A stretch of 62,871 nucleotides of DNA, filler included, from Choristocarpus tenellus KU-1152 (Eukaryota; Protista; Phaeophyceae), in NCBI GenBank assembly GCA_964200185.2. It is 12 parts of 12 records of this genome, joined end to end, with 100 filler letters (N's around TTAATTAATTAA, not from the genome) between each part and the next. Parts side by side here need not be neighbours in the genome. Positions count along the whole stretch, not along the records: positions 5,823 to 13,764 come from CAXNAD020005361.1; positions 13,865 to 23,554 come from CAXNAD020003470.1; positions 23,655 to 27,257 come from CAXNAD020019011.1; 9 more parts are not named here. One strand, written 5' to 3'. The position numbers and the translations under genes are program-made. The first letter of the stretch is position 1, and every line of letters starts with the position of its first letter. Positions 12,101-23,727 of this stretch are shown here, piece by piece. The notes beneath the pieces were generated by a model that saw nothing but the letters and a program-made list of their open reading frames with translations, was not told the origin of the DNA and did no database searches.

Positions 12101-12880
12101 GAACAAGGATATTGACACTTCCTAACAAACACGATAGCCAAAATTACATCAAAGTCGCAACATTGGATTTTGGCCCCCAAGCGGATGTAGCTCAATCGTC
12201 TGAGATGCTTTGACTCACAAGGGCTTCTCACTGTTTCAAGATATGGGCTAACTTGTACATCAGGGGCTCTCGGAAGGGTGGGTGGGAGAGGCTGGGATTA
12301 ATTGAATCAGACGAGGGGGGAGGAGAGGTCCATTTGTTGTTGCTCACTTGTCCTGTTTCTCGAGGAATGGAGTTGATTTATGACTATTAATTATTTCAAG
12401 CAGGAAGTGAGTCTAGCAGCTCCTGGAGCCACTTCAGAGTCTTGGGCTTTGTACTTTTCAAACATCACACATCCAAATATTAATATTTTCTATTTTAATT
12501 ATCCAGATCTTGCTGAGTCACACTAGCACTGATAAGATAGGAGCAGATATATATTTATATGCATCATATATAATATTTTTTCCGATGCGTTGGCCTAGAT
12601 GTTGTGATTGGCCAATAGAGTGCATTTGGCCTGCAGTGTACTCCACGCCTTCAGGTTTAGGTCTGCACTTTGCACCCTCTCCCGCACTCTCGTCTTGACA
12701 CCTTAAACGACACATCTTCTTCAGGCATGCAACCCAAAGCCTCGTGGAGAGTCCCTGGCCTTGAAGGTCTCTGTACGCCGAGTGTGGTTGGAGTACCCTC
12801 CCCTCACTTCTGAGCATATCAAGAAGGTGGAGGTGGCCATGGCTTCATGGATATCATGGAAACAAGCCAGGGCTGAACAG
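6170..12880 (+). CDS. SPAG17: SPAG17/PF6-like central-pair flagellar protein, internal part; exons 6170-6328, 7160-7312, ~9998-10168, 11460-11597, 12725-12880
   Basis: Spliced peptides GTYNFDCCKGVMKLEDTDRNRFEV, PRLFIYRRDGSAVELLR and VRRVWLEYPPLTSEHIKKV occur in the order of the SPAG17 C-terminal blocks I recall (D.EGN.F.V; PRFFVMYADGSGMELLR; RQFIQHE). Boundaries of the third exon are uncertain. Confidence 0.7.
6564..6824. mobile_element. MITE family C (about 260 bp, about 40-bp imperfect TIRs)
   Basis: Left GAGCCAAACCAATTGAGAGGCGGGCAGG...TTGCATTCTAAG pairs with right CTTAAATGCAACCCGGCCTACCTCTCAGTTGGTTTGTGACTC. Confidence 0.7.
8270..9054 (+). pseudogene. Tc1/mariner transposase remnant, internally deleted, in a SPAG17 intron
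   Basis: N-terminal HTH-like region, then QQDGATPH, QSAQSPDLNVNDLGSF and TIDEMV...EYDNETLERVWQSLFKRY. In-frame stops and a frameshift are present, and the first catalytic-Asp region is missing. TIRs were not identified. Confidence 0.85.
9630..9748. mobile_element. MITE family D, degenerate copy (about 120 bp)
   Basis: Reverse-complement match to 31100-31217 (CAAATATGTGC...GTCCGTTTTTACAAA); GAG...CTC ends; flanks CCA/TCA. Confidence 0.65.
11665..11945. mobile_element. MITE family A, old degenerate copy
   Basis: Shares GATATTGACACTTCCTAACAAACAC and other internal blocks; ends eroded, so boundaries are approximate. Confidence 0.75.
11955..12216. mobile_element. MITE family A, full copy, TSD ACA
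   Basis: aca|GAGTGAAAGTATCT...AGATGCTTTGACTC|aca. Confidence 0.88.
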
Positions 12881-13156
12881 GTTACCCCTCTCACCCCCTC
12901 CTCTCCGATGACACGTATGCGTTGACATATACTTCAGAAGAACGTGCTGGGCAGTATTAACTAGTATCTGTGTTGCGTGTACTCTATTTGGTCTCATTGG
13001 ATTCAAATATCTGTTCTACCTTGGCATTTGGAGTGTGCAGATATATGGTGAGGGTTCGGCTTGGACTGGGATGTGTAGGATTCAAAGTTAAGAATGCAAG
13101 GTTTTTTGTTTGTTTATTTTTGCATGAACCTCAAAGTACAACATGCTGAATTATGT

Positions 13157-13418
13157 GATTGAAAGTATCGTAGAGGGTACGAGTATTGCCCTGTTTGTCA
13201 ACTTGGGGCTTGGCTTCCCACGGGATTATCATGACTTTTTCCTAGTTCAAAACATTTCGGAGTAGCTAAAATGTATACATTATGAAAAGGTTTGTCTGGA
13301 ACAAGGATATTGGCACTTCCTAACAAACACGATAGCTAAAATTACATTGGGTTTGGTCGCAACATTGGGTTTGGTCCCCTAAACAGACGAGGCTCTACCC
13401 TCTAAGATAATTTGAATC
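13157..13418. mobile_element. MITE family A, full copy
   Basis: tgt|GATTGAAAGTATCGTAGAGGGTA...TACCCTCTAAGATAATTTGAATC|tgg. Confidence 0.85.
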
Positions 13419-13548
13419 TGGTGCATTGTGTAGCGCAGATGGAACGGATACATTTTTGAGCGTAATATGTACAGATCAATCCAGGAAGTCATTGAGACCG
13501 TTTTACCTTTCATCAACCCCAAGTACGGTGAAACACATTCGGCTTACT

Positions 13549-13711
13549 GTATCTGGGGGGGGGGGGTGGCGGCTGTCCATTTGGGGCCAATTTTTTCATA
13601 TGACGATTTTTGGGTGATTTGGTTGCATATGTCGGATGGATAATGTAGATGCACTTTTCCTGATTTTGCCCCAAATGGGCACCCTGGTGTAGATCCCCCC
13701 CCCCCCCCCAG
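13549..13711. mobile_element. MITE family B, near-full copy
   Basis: GTATCT-polyG...GGCTGTCCATTTGGGG...GCACTTTTCCTGATTTTG...polyC; aligns with 32861-33037 (reverse) and 34361-34520. Confidence 0.8.
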
Positions 13712-13864
13712 CAACAATAAGAAAATTTGGTGTTTATAGCAGGGGGGGGGGTTGAAGTATTTTTNNNNNNNNNNNNNNNNNNNNNNNNNNNNNNNNNNNN
13801 NNNNNNNNTTAATTAATTAANNNNNNNNNNNNNNNNNNNNNNNNNNNNNNNNNNNNNNNNNNNN

Positions 13865-13930
13865 AAAAATTTTTACCAAAACCGGCCCCCCCCCACAAAC
13901 CCCCCCCCCCCCCCCCCAGATACTTTGACC
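13865..13930. mobile_element. MITE family B end at contig start
   Basis: polyC-AGATACTTTGACCC. Confidence 0.7.
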
Positions 13931-16455
13931 CATAGAGGAGAGAAAATACCAAAAACAAGATTAACAAGACTTTATAAAGCATTAAGCAGTAGTAGTGTGG
14001 TATATTTCAAAAGACCTCCTCCTGTTAAGAGAGAAAATGGGAAATGTGCTACACAACAAAGTCTCCCTGTCATGGGATTGTTCCCTTTAAATATCATACT
14101 ATTAAGATGCCCTCTTGACAGTTTGTTGATGTGTTAGAAATAGGGAAAGAGACCAAAACTATGTAACAAGAACATAACTATTTATACTATTGCTGATATT
14201 ACTGCTACTACTGCTGCTGCTACTACTACTACTACCACTAGTGTGGATACTACCATAATTGTTACAGTAAGGACACCTCCCTAATGTATGTACTATTTTA
14301 AAACTAACGATTCAACTATGTCCCCTTTGAAATTGTTACCTACTATCTTCACATTTTTTATGCTGAAAACCTTACCCTACCAAACCTGAGCAGGGATTTA
14401 TCGTGGTGGGAACAATCCGAAGAATCTGTGATACCCCTTCTTCCGCAGTACAAATATCTAAGTGGTTCGGAATCTCCAATTTCGCCTCGAAATCGTGAAC
14501 CCTACGATTCTTTTGATGACAGTTGGTAGTTGGTGTGGAGTAAAATTCGTTTGTTGATAGTATGATGGAAAACATGAATATGAATGACGAGAAGATGAAT
14601 AGGAATAGGAATAGTTTATGAATATGAATGACAAGATGAATAGGAATAGTATATTGAGTCATTGGTGTGTTCTGTTGAGTTTTGAGTTTATTGGTTGATT
14701 GGTCCGATTTTTGCGAATATTTTTATTGGGTTTGGTTAATTCAATCTTATTTTAGGAAGAAATTTGATCACAACAAAAAATGGGTGATATTGTAATTTTG
14801 TCTCTTCTCTAAACTTGGTCTCTTCTGTCGATCATTTTTTCCTGTGGTCGATTTTCTTCCAAAAATAGGATCAAAGAGAATATTATATTAGGATTGTGAT
14901 GTATAGGAGGTATAGGAGCTGTATAGGAGGTTCCAATATATATTGTCGTTTAATACTAATTCTCTAATATTGTGAAGGTGGGAATCGGTATATATAGGAT
15001 ATATGTATTTTATTCTTATTATTATGCCCTCTTAGATTTGTAGATTTATTAGAGGGAAACCAATGAGAACTATTCACATACCACTATTTTTATTATTATG
15101 CCCTCTGACATTTTGCAAATGTTCTATTTTATATATATTATTATGCGCTGTAACATTTTTCAGATTTGTTACTAAAAATGCATATTGTTAAGTAGTTATG
15201 GTTATCCCGGCTACACCAAATTCTTGGTGACTACGCAGGTATCACTGTTAGACGTCTCATGCGTTTTAAGCTAGAGTCACCGGGGAGATGGGCACGGACG
15301 GAGAGGTTTATTGGATTTTTCTAGCTTCTCCCCCTGGGGCGTAGGAGTAGGTAGATTGGAAGCACAGGAAGGCACTAGCACAATATTGATAGTGGTGAAG
15401 TAATAAATAGATTAGTGTCTTTCACATTTACAGTGTTTTATAGTATTTTTTTCATATTTTTGATATTTTTTTTCCTTAGGGCTTCTACTCACATATCTAT
15501 AGTTTTCTCATAATCATGAAAATTTATTTCTTTTCGTGCATACAATATACCCTCCTTAACATTTTAGAAATGTGTGAGGTAAAAACTCCTCATATATTTT
15601 TATTATCAATATATATTGATTATGACTATTTTTTTACTTTTTATTATGACATTATTATTCCTTCAATAATATTATTTCTCATTCACGTTTCAGTATAAAT
15701 CCTAAAGAAGTTTGTCATATCCTATCCCAACTTTATGGTTCAATAGTCAGAGCGGTTTTCACAGTATACCCTCAAAAGCATTGGCAACGCCTTTTTTGGT
15801 GACAATTTATATTCGGAGTTCTTAGTTTTATAGTATAGTATTATTTATATAAGGAGTTGGTAACGAGGGTAATGTTATTATTAACTTGAATCTGTGATGG
15901 AAAATATGTAGATTTATGTAGCTAAATTATATCACACGTAATTCTATAAATATTTCATTTTGAAAATTGAAATCGGAATTTTGTACTAAATTAGTAATAT
16001 AGATATGAGTGGGATTACCATGGATCCTATATAAATAAACTACATATAATGACACCAATCTAATACAAACTCTGAACAACTCTTGGGTTTTGAAATTGTT
16101 TGGGTTGTGTGTGACAACGAACATAAAACCTCCCTCCCTAACGACTGGTTCGGTGACCACAAGACCAAGAAGTCGTACCCCTGCCAACGGATACATTCCG
16201 CAATTTATGTATTAGTAGTTAGACCTCCATGGCTAATTTGACAAAATGCCGTTCATTGGACCATACCGTTCAAGTCCTATCCCCCCAAACGATGGGTATT
16301 ATGATCGTTGACAATGTTGCAGTAAGAACCACAATATAAACATCTTCCCCTCACCAAGCACAAACACTCATCTCTACCTTACATAAGAACTTCTACAACG
16401 ACAGTGTCATACCTTTTCAAAGAGGAGGAGCTCAACGTGATCAAGCTCGAGTAAC

Positions 16456-19400
16456 ATGACGGGATGGTCGTGGGCTATTGTTGCCTTCTTAGGCCTTGCC
16501 ACCTCACTTGTTGATGCGAAGACGTACAAGGTTACTCCGGATAGTTCCCCTTCTTTACAGGAGGTCATGGCCATCACAAAAGCCGGTGACGTAGTTGAGC
16601 TCGGGAATGGATTGTACAGCGAGGGCATCAAATCATCTGCCAGCGGGACAGAAAGTAGTCCGATCACCATTACTGGCTCAAGGGGGGCTATACTTAGCGG
16701 GACCAACCCTGATGACGACAGGGTCGTCACCATTAAGCACAGCTACATCCACCTTAGGGTAAGGCACAAAATTAACTCAGTCTGAACTGCAATTCCATGT
16801 CGTATCCTACATGATCCTTGCAAAGTACTTATCTGCTTTGGTAGGTAAAGATCGTATGATGTGCCGATGCCGTTGTGTTTGCTAGCGTTGCAATAGACAG
16901 CGGCATGTCCCTACCTACTGCACTTGCCACTCCCCTTTGCCCCTCCTGTCTCTATCTACAAGCTGAGCTGACCTTTCATTCTGAAGTCATCCTCTCTATT
17001 TGCACCGTACCCATTCCGCGGCCCATAATCCCCTCTATGTCAGGGTTTCACCGTAGATGGCAAAATGGGTTCAGGAAATGACCTAGATTTCTACGCCAAC
17101 AAATGCATCTATGTGCATGGGCAGGAAAAGCCCAAGACAATCACCTACATGGGCCATGACTTCCTTTCCACCATCAATGGCCTTATCCTTTCCAACTTGT
17201 CCATCAAGAACTGCCAGTGAGTATCCACCTAGTGGTTATTGACATGCACCCCAAAGGATTCTATATTTCTTATCTTGCTCACCTTCTCCTGCAATTTGAT
17301 GCTTCCATTGGATAGTCACACTTCACTTAACTGAACGACGCGTAATGTATGATTTATTTTACCTTCTCTCGAGTTTGATTGCTTGCAACTTCTAATCTTC
17401 TTCCAGACAAATCCCTTACTCCTGTCGAAGAGGGTTCCATCTGATCACTAACTGCGTACTCTTGACAATTTTGTGCTCTGTAGAGGGGAATGTGTCCGAT
17501 TGCGATACTTTGTGACTCATTCCGACATCCAGGACAATGATGTCCAGAACTGTGGTGTTGATGATTTCATCTTCAACCCCGGACATGGCAAGAATGGCGA
17601 GGGACTCTACATTGGGACTTCCAGCAATCAGGTGGGAGGCCCCTTCCGACTTGGAAATTTTGCAGGACAAGAATTGATTTCCTTACAGCTAAGCAACGAG
17701 ACTCACACCACACTTCAGCCCAACATCTCAAAATCTCTGATATAGCCCATATGACTTCTCATAGTCTCCCTGCACCATCCTCATTTCCGTTTCTACAACA
17801 TTGCGCAAACTTACTCACATGATAGTGGAAAGATGGCAAGAACCCTGACAGTCGTCCGGATGAAAGCAGCTTCAATCTGGTGCGCAATAATGTAATTCTC
17901 ACAAACGGCAATGAGTGTGTGGAGTTCAAGGAAGGCACCGAGCACAATGTCATTGAGGGGAACACATGTGGGGGCCAGTTGGATGCAAATTCTGGATGCT
18001 TTGGCTCTCGAGGCAACCGGAACACCTTCAGGTGTGGAGACTGATTTTTTATACAGCCTGCACGCTCAGATTGCTCGGCACTACTCCGGAATAATGTACT
18101 GCGCAAGTAAGAATTTGTATGTAACATTTTCTTTTTGCTAATATATATTTTTTGTGCTTCTGCAGGTTCAATAAAGGCGATGGTTGTGACGGTGCTGGTG
18201 TTCGAGTCGGTGGGCACTTTGACTATGGAGTTAATAACAAGGTGAATATGCTACATATTGTTGGTGGGGAGATTTAGGTGGGATCACGAAGATACAAATA
18301 TTTGGACTCAGATTTTTTGTGGACTGTCTTCGATTTCATGCTAACAAAACACTCTCATACTTTGTATCACTTACATCCTTTCTCAGGTGTATGAAAACAG
18401 CTTTATCAAGATGGGAGCGGGATCTGTGAAGATCATGTCTGAGCCTCAGGCCGAGATCTGTGGTAACATGTGCTCCAATGGGGACTGCACCATCTTTGGA
18501 GCGTGAGTGGGTCTTGGATTCCCCTCGATCCACTAGGGTACATTCAGAAGCGGACCATGAGCTGACCAAGCTTTTCTTTTTTCTGCATTGCAATCATGAT
18601 GTGGTAGATATGGTTGTGTGTTCAAGGCAACAGCTATTGTACTTTCAATTGCTCTCAAATTTGGTGGTAGTCCACGACACAATCTGCTGGGAAATGTTGC
18701 CACCTGAACAGATGTATATGATTATGCCCTATCTGACTATTGCCCCATGTCAAACCTCAGGGTTGCATCTGCTGCTGACTGGGATCAGCCCTGCTCCAGC
18801 AATATCGGTTCAGATCTAATGCCATATGGAGGGAACTTCGCGGGAGGTGGAGGGGGGGAGGGGGGTGTTGTTCCTCAAGATGATGACAACACTATTCCTA
18901 TGGATGACGACAACACTGCTCTGGTCAACGATGACAGCACTGCTGTGGCCAACGATGACAGCACGACTCTGGCCAATGATGACAGCACTACTCTGGTCAA
19001 TGATGACAGCAGTAAAGCCCTTCCTGGGGATGATGACAAAACTGATCGGGGTAATGATGATAAGACCACAGTGGGAGACGATGACAAGGTCATGCCAGAG
19101 GATGATGACAAAACAATGGCTGATGATGATGTTTCACCCGAGGACGATGACAGCCTGGGAAGGGGTGGAACCGGCAAAGTTGGCACTTTTCCGACATCAT
19201 GCCTTCCAGTGAAGGTATGATAGAGGATAGATGTCGATCATCTTCCACTGCAGCTTCCACTGCATGTTTGATCCAACTTAACTACTACAGTCGTACATAC
19301 AGCTCTAATGGAACAACCTTCCCGACTATCTGAACTCTATCTCAGATTGAGGACAGCTTCCTCACCGAAGGATACACAACCCTGTCGGACTACCCTGTAA

Positions 19401-20538
19401 GCAACCTGATTGATGGGGACATGAGTACAATGTGGTCTTCAGAGGTGAGATTATTGGAAGTTATAGTCGGCCTCTGGATTCTGTATGAAGAAAAGGAGGA
19501 TTGGTGGAGTGGGCTTTGTCACTCTAGGTTGAGTCCTGGCATCCAGCCCCCAAAAAGACAGCACATCACATGTATCAAGGAGAGAAGCATGGTGTAGTAT
19601 CAGTAGAGATACTTGATGTGATACTTAGTAATTGAGTACTGTAAATGTACTCTGGAGCATATTGATCCCAGCTGAAAATGTCATTTATCCATGTATTGTA
19701 TCCCCTTGCTGGACAGGGATATGCAGCATCGGTGCATGTTGACCTTGGGAATAAGGTCTCCTTGGCTGGTGTGTTCATTGCCCTTCCTGATACCTTGAAG
19801 ACGCCTCAACGTTTTGAGGTCAAGGGTGATGACCACAAGGTATGATGTTATCAATTGGATTCCCTCCTTCTAATGTGTCCATTTTGTAACTATCTAGAAT
19901 GTGTTTAGATTGTGTTCAACGGCTTTCCCAATCAACTTCTCTGTAACAAATTTGTGTCTACAAAGACTTTGGCTGCCTGACCTTCTTGTTGTCCACTGCT
20001 CCAAAATGCATACTGGTAACAGGTGTTGGTTACAATGAGAGAGAGCTCTGGTGAATCTGGTCTCCAGTTTTTCTCGTTTGAGGGTATCATGGAGACATCG
20101 ACAGTTGTCCTGTTTGGATTTGGTGACTCCAAAGATGCTATGATCAGGTCAGAGTGTGTTCAGCGCGATTTTGTCTAGTTTTCACCAGTTGTCTTGCCTG
20201 TGCTCCTCGTGGCATTAGGGTCATCTAGCAACTAGTAGCACTCTTTTCGCGCAAACATCAGTGCAATCATACCCTCTACTCCATAAAGACCTTCGAGTAT
20301 GATTTACATTCTTAAGTCTAGTACAGGATGATCTAAGGACAGCGTAAGATATATGCTGCAGTTTATTGCTACCTGATGTCTGGTGCATGCAAACTCTCAC
20401 AACCAAAAACATCTCATCCATTTTCTACTATCCACCCTTACTTGTTGCTACAGTTTTGCTTCTCTGGAACTATGTGGTACAAGTGACTCAGCTGTGGGAA
20501 AGGACAGTGATTCTTCTGGTGAGAGAAAATCATTATAA
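16456..20538 (+). CDS. Complete 11-exon gene: secreted protein with right-handed parallel beta-helix (pectin-lyase fold), Asp-rich repeat linker and C-terminal F5/8 type C (CBM32)-like domain. Exons 16456-16758, 17044-17216, 17484-17631, 17826-18031, 18166-18241, 18387-18502, 18761-19214, 19346-19444, 19717-19839, 20023-20147, 20454-20538
   Basis: All introns are GT-AG with consistent phase from ATG to TAA. Signal peptide MTGWSWAIVAFLGLATSLVDA; beta-helix motifs AGDVVELGNGLY, SGTESSPITITG, GECVRLRY, GKNGEGLYIGTS, GNECVEFKEG; discoidin-like NLIDGDMSTMWSSEG...VDLG. Confidence 0.88.
18876..19155 (+). repeat. Coding tandem repeat, about 24-nt (8-aa) period, about 12 units with a (N/D)DD core
   Basis: QDDDNTIP MDDDNTAL VNDDSTAV ANDDSTTL ANDDSTTL VNDDSS... 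in exon 7. Confidence 0.9.
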
Positions 20539-21322
20539 TGAAAGAAGGGAATAGATATTAATTATTCTTAAGTCATCAAGGGCAGTGCATCCTGTTTTCC
20601 TCAAGTTGCGTTATTCCCTATCAGCACTACTGTAGGAAAATATTTTGGTCTGGCAAATTTACAATGATGGTTCAAAGTTGTGCACACTTATCTCAACCAC
20701 ATACGCATCTGGGCTGTCCTCTTCTCCTTAAGGCAACCACAGGCGCAGCTTGAGAGGATCATCGCACCCACCCCTTCCCTTGGCCAATCAACAGAGAGGC
20801 TCAGCTGATATTTAGGAGTGACAGAGACTTGACTGTGGAGAAGTGCGCCACTTGCAAACTATTGATATGACCATGTTGGCTCAGTACATCTGGGCATGAC
20901 AGGGTTGTACAATTCTGATACGGTCTCATTTTGTTTGCCTCTGGTTATTTGTCACCTCGACCTCTAATCGTTCAGCGCGCATACAATTTAGATCGGATGG
21001 TGCCTCAGCAATGACTTAGAGGCGAATTGTAAGGTTGCAGAGCTCAAATCCAGGCTTCTTATTGCCACTTTTGTGTGAGGAATAGAAAGCAATTGTGAAT
21101 AGGTGTTTATCATTTACTATATAGTCGATTGTTGCTAAGAGCAGAATTAGTATAGTCTATGTTGGTCTCTACTTGGTATCTATAGACGTGTTTCAATCTT
21201 GTTCAGATTTTGTAGCTCAAATCTTCCACTCACTAGGTGTCTTTGAGTGCAGTTTGTTGCGGTTTATGTGTTTCCTGCATGGTGGTTTGCCAAGAAGTTG
21301 CTGAGATAAATGTTACACCCGG

Positions 21323-21567
21323 GGATTTGGTTTGAAAGTTGTTCATCCTCAGCTAGGTATGCCGCAAGATGACTGTCTTTGGAAGACATTGATTTTCTTG
21401 GCCATGCTTCTATAGCCACCTTCGTGAATTGGATGGTGGCTTGTAAACAAACATGTTGTCGAAATAAATTTCCTCTGAAGGATTTGGTTTGAAAGTTATA
21501 CATCCTCAACTAGGTATGCCACAAGATTACTGTCTTTGGAAGACATTGGTTGTCTTGGTTGTGCTTC
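21323..21567. repeat. Diverged direct repeat, about 88 bp x2, spacing 157 bp
   Basis: GGATTTGGTTTGAAAGTT..CATCCTCA.CTAGGTATGCC.CAAGAT.ACTGTCTTTGGAAGACATTG at 21323 and 21480. Confidence 0.85.
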
Positions 21568-22930
21568 CATGACCACCATAGTGGTGGTCTGTTGAATTTT
21601 ATATATTTATTTGTGAGTAGTAATTTTTTTTTCTTAGTGAAGGTTTTGTTTTTGAAACTTTGGTCAATGCTTGTCACTTAAGTTTGCCATGCAAGCTTCT
21701 TGATCATTTGTAGAGTATATTTTCGGCATTACTGTGTTATCTTGTGCAGTGTGTTCTATTCCCCCTTGGCAACATCTGCAAAATGCCAGTTGGCACGTAA
21801 TAATATATTTTGGGTTGTATTTATTTTCTTATTGTTTTTACAATTCCATTTGGTATGTACACCAGGGGAGTATAGAGAAAATATCCTGGGCCTCACACCA
21901 TGCCCCTTGAACATTATGCCAGGTTGGTTGAGATGGTTGGATTGTTGTGGATGACATTATATTTATTTGTTGCCAAATATTCCTGGAAGAGATCAAACGC
22001 CTGAACAACACAACCCTTTCCAAAACATTTTTTCTTTCCAGAATACTAAATTACCGATTAGGGTCTAATAACCTACCTACCTGCACAAATGAATACCATA
22101 GTATCCTTTCGTTTTATACTATCAATATATCTAACTTCCATCTTAACCTGCACACTGCCTCGTGAGTGTGAAAGGTAAGTGTATGTTTCAAGCGTGCACT
22201 CTTGATGCGATAGAACAAAATTAACAAATTCAAAACCACAACTTTTCCCGAGATGATTTTAATAGTTTGTCTGCCAATTGTCTCGTTATTAGGATGTACA
22301 TCCCCGTGTCTGTGTTCCACATTCTCTGGTGCACTTCAGCTTCATGTTCACATGTGTAATACGATCGTTGACCCTGTCAGAAGTTGCTCCCAGGAGCACA
22401 CAACAGTTATCCTCGTACCAACGTGTTGCATCCTGCCGAACACTGATTCCTCTAGAATGCCACAGATGAAAATCACACGGCGCATACCTTGAACCATAGC
22501 TGTCCACTCACCTTATGAGCGCTGTTGCAATATCTAGTGTGTATGCGTTGTATGTGCTGATACAAACATATAACAGTATGACAGTTTCATGTATTTTTAT
22601 CTTTAGTTCAGTACAATGCAGAGTAGTAATGTACACAGCAGTATGATGAGTCAGTCTTTGGTCATAAGTCAGGAAATGGATGACTAAGACAGAAGCCCAT
22701 CGGATAATTTATAAACAGTGTATATGATTACCATCTAACCCACCAGCAGCTCATGGCGACAAGCCTTTCCTGCGCGAAACTATTCAACATGCTTAAGCAC
22801 CCCATTCAAACACTGTAGCTAGAGGAGGCGCAGCTGGAGCTGGAGTGACTTGGATTGGTAACACCACTCATGACCTTGGACGGTCTTCATACCAAACTCA
22901 ATTGTCGTCAGACAGTTATTGTTTGTTTTT

Positions 22931-23500
22931 TTCTTGGGCGTGAAAGGTGATATCGTCCAAGCATTGGAGCATAGGGAGGACCCTCTGAGTTAAAGTATCT
23001 TAGAGGGTATGGGTTTTGCCCTGTTTGTCCATTTGGGGCTTGGCATAACACGTTTATTTTTATGATATTTTCCTACTCCAAAAATGTTTCGGAGTAGGTA
23101 AAATGTATACGTGATGAAAAGGTGCCCAGAACAAGAATATTAACACTTCCTAACAAAAAATATAGCCAAAATTGCATCAAATCGCAACATTGGATTTAGA
23201 TCCCAAACGGAAGCGACTCTACCCTCTAAGATCGTTGGACTCTCTGCGAGTGGGCAACACTAACTTCATCAAGGGGGAGGGTGTGAACGAAGAAGAGCTT
23301 GTCAAGGCCAAAAAGGCGTATGACATTCTGTCGAGGAGCGCTAATGGTTTCTACAGGTGCATTGTCCGTGATGCGGCTTCACCTTCTGATGTGTGGAAGC
23401 AACTAAGGGAGTATATGCTTATCCATTCAGATGAGGAAGTTGCTAGGCTACAAATGTTGGTGAATCATGTCAAGATGGTTGGGGTCAGACCCCGATTTTC
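22931..23500 (+). pseudogene. Ty1/copia gag (UBN2-like) remnant interrupted by a family A MITE
   Basis: After removing the MITE: FLGVKGDIVQALEHREDPL|RVGNTNFIKGEGVNEEELVKAKKAYDIL...IVRDAASPSDVWKQLREY...EEVARLQMLVNHVKM, which fits the copia gag pattern (SP..W..L...RL...KM). Confidence 0.65.
22987..23242. mobile_element. MITE family A, full copy, TSD TCT
   Basis: tct|GAGTTAAAGTATCTTAGAGGGTA...TACCCTCTAAGATCGTTGGACTC|tct. Confidence 0.9.
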
Positions 23501-23521
23501 CTTCATTAAGGGGGAAGAGGA

Positions 23522-23554
23522 GACTCAAAGTATCTGGGGGGTGGTGGTGGCTGT
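23522..23554. mobile_element. MITE family B end at contig break
   Basis: GACTCAAAGTATCTGGGGGGTGGTGGTGGCTGT. Confidence 0.7.
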
Positions 23555-23727
23555 NNNNNNNNNNNNNNNNNNNNNNNNNNNNNNNNNNNNNNNNNNNNTT
23601 AATTAATTAANNNNNNNNNNNNNNNNNNNNNNNNNNNNNNNNNNNNNNNNNNNNTGCCCTCTACATCACACAATCCACACAAATACAAACGAGCAGCCCT
23701 ATCCCCTCCCCCCCCCCCCATAGTCAC

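Noticed and set aside
21910-22830. Possible short minus-strand exons of a convergent gene
   Set aside because: Splice-like signals exist but I could not build a consistent or recognisable frame.
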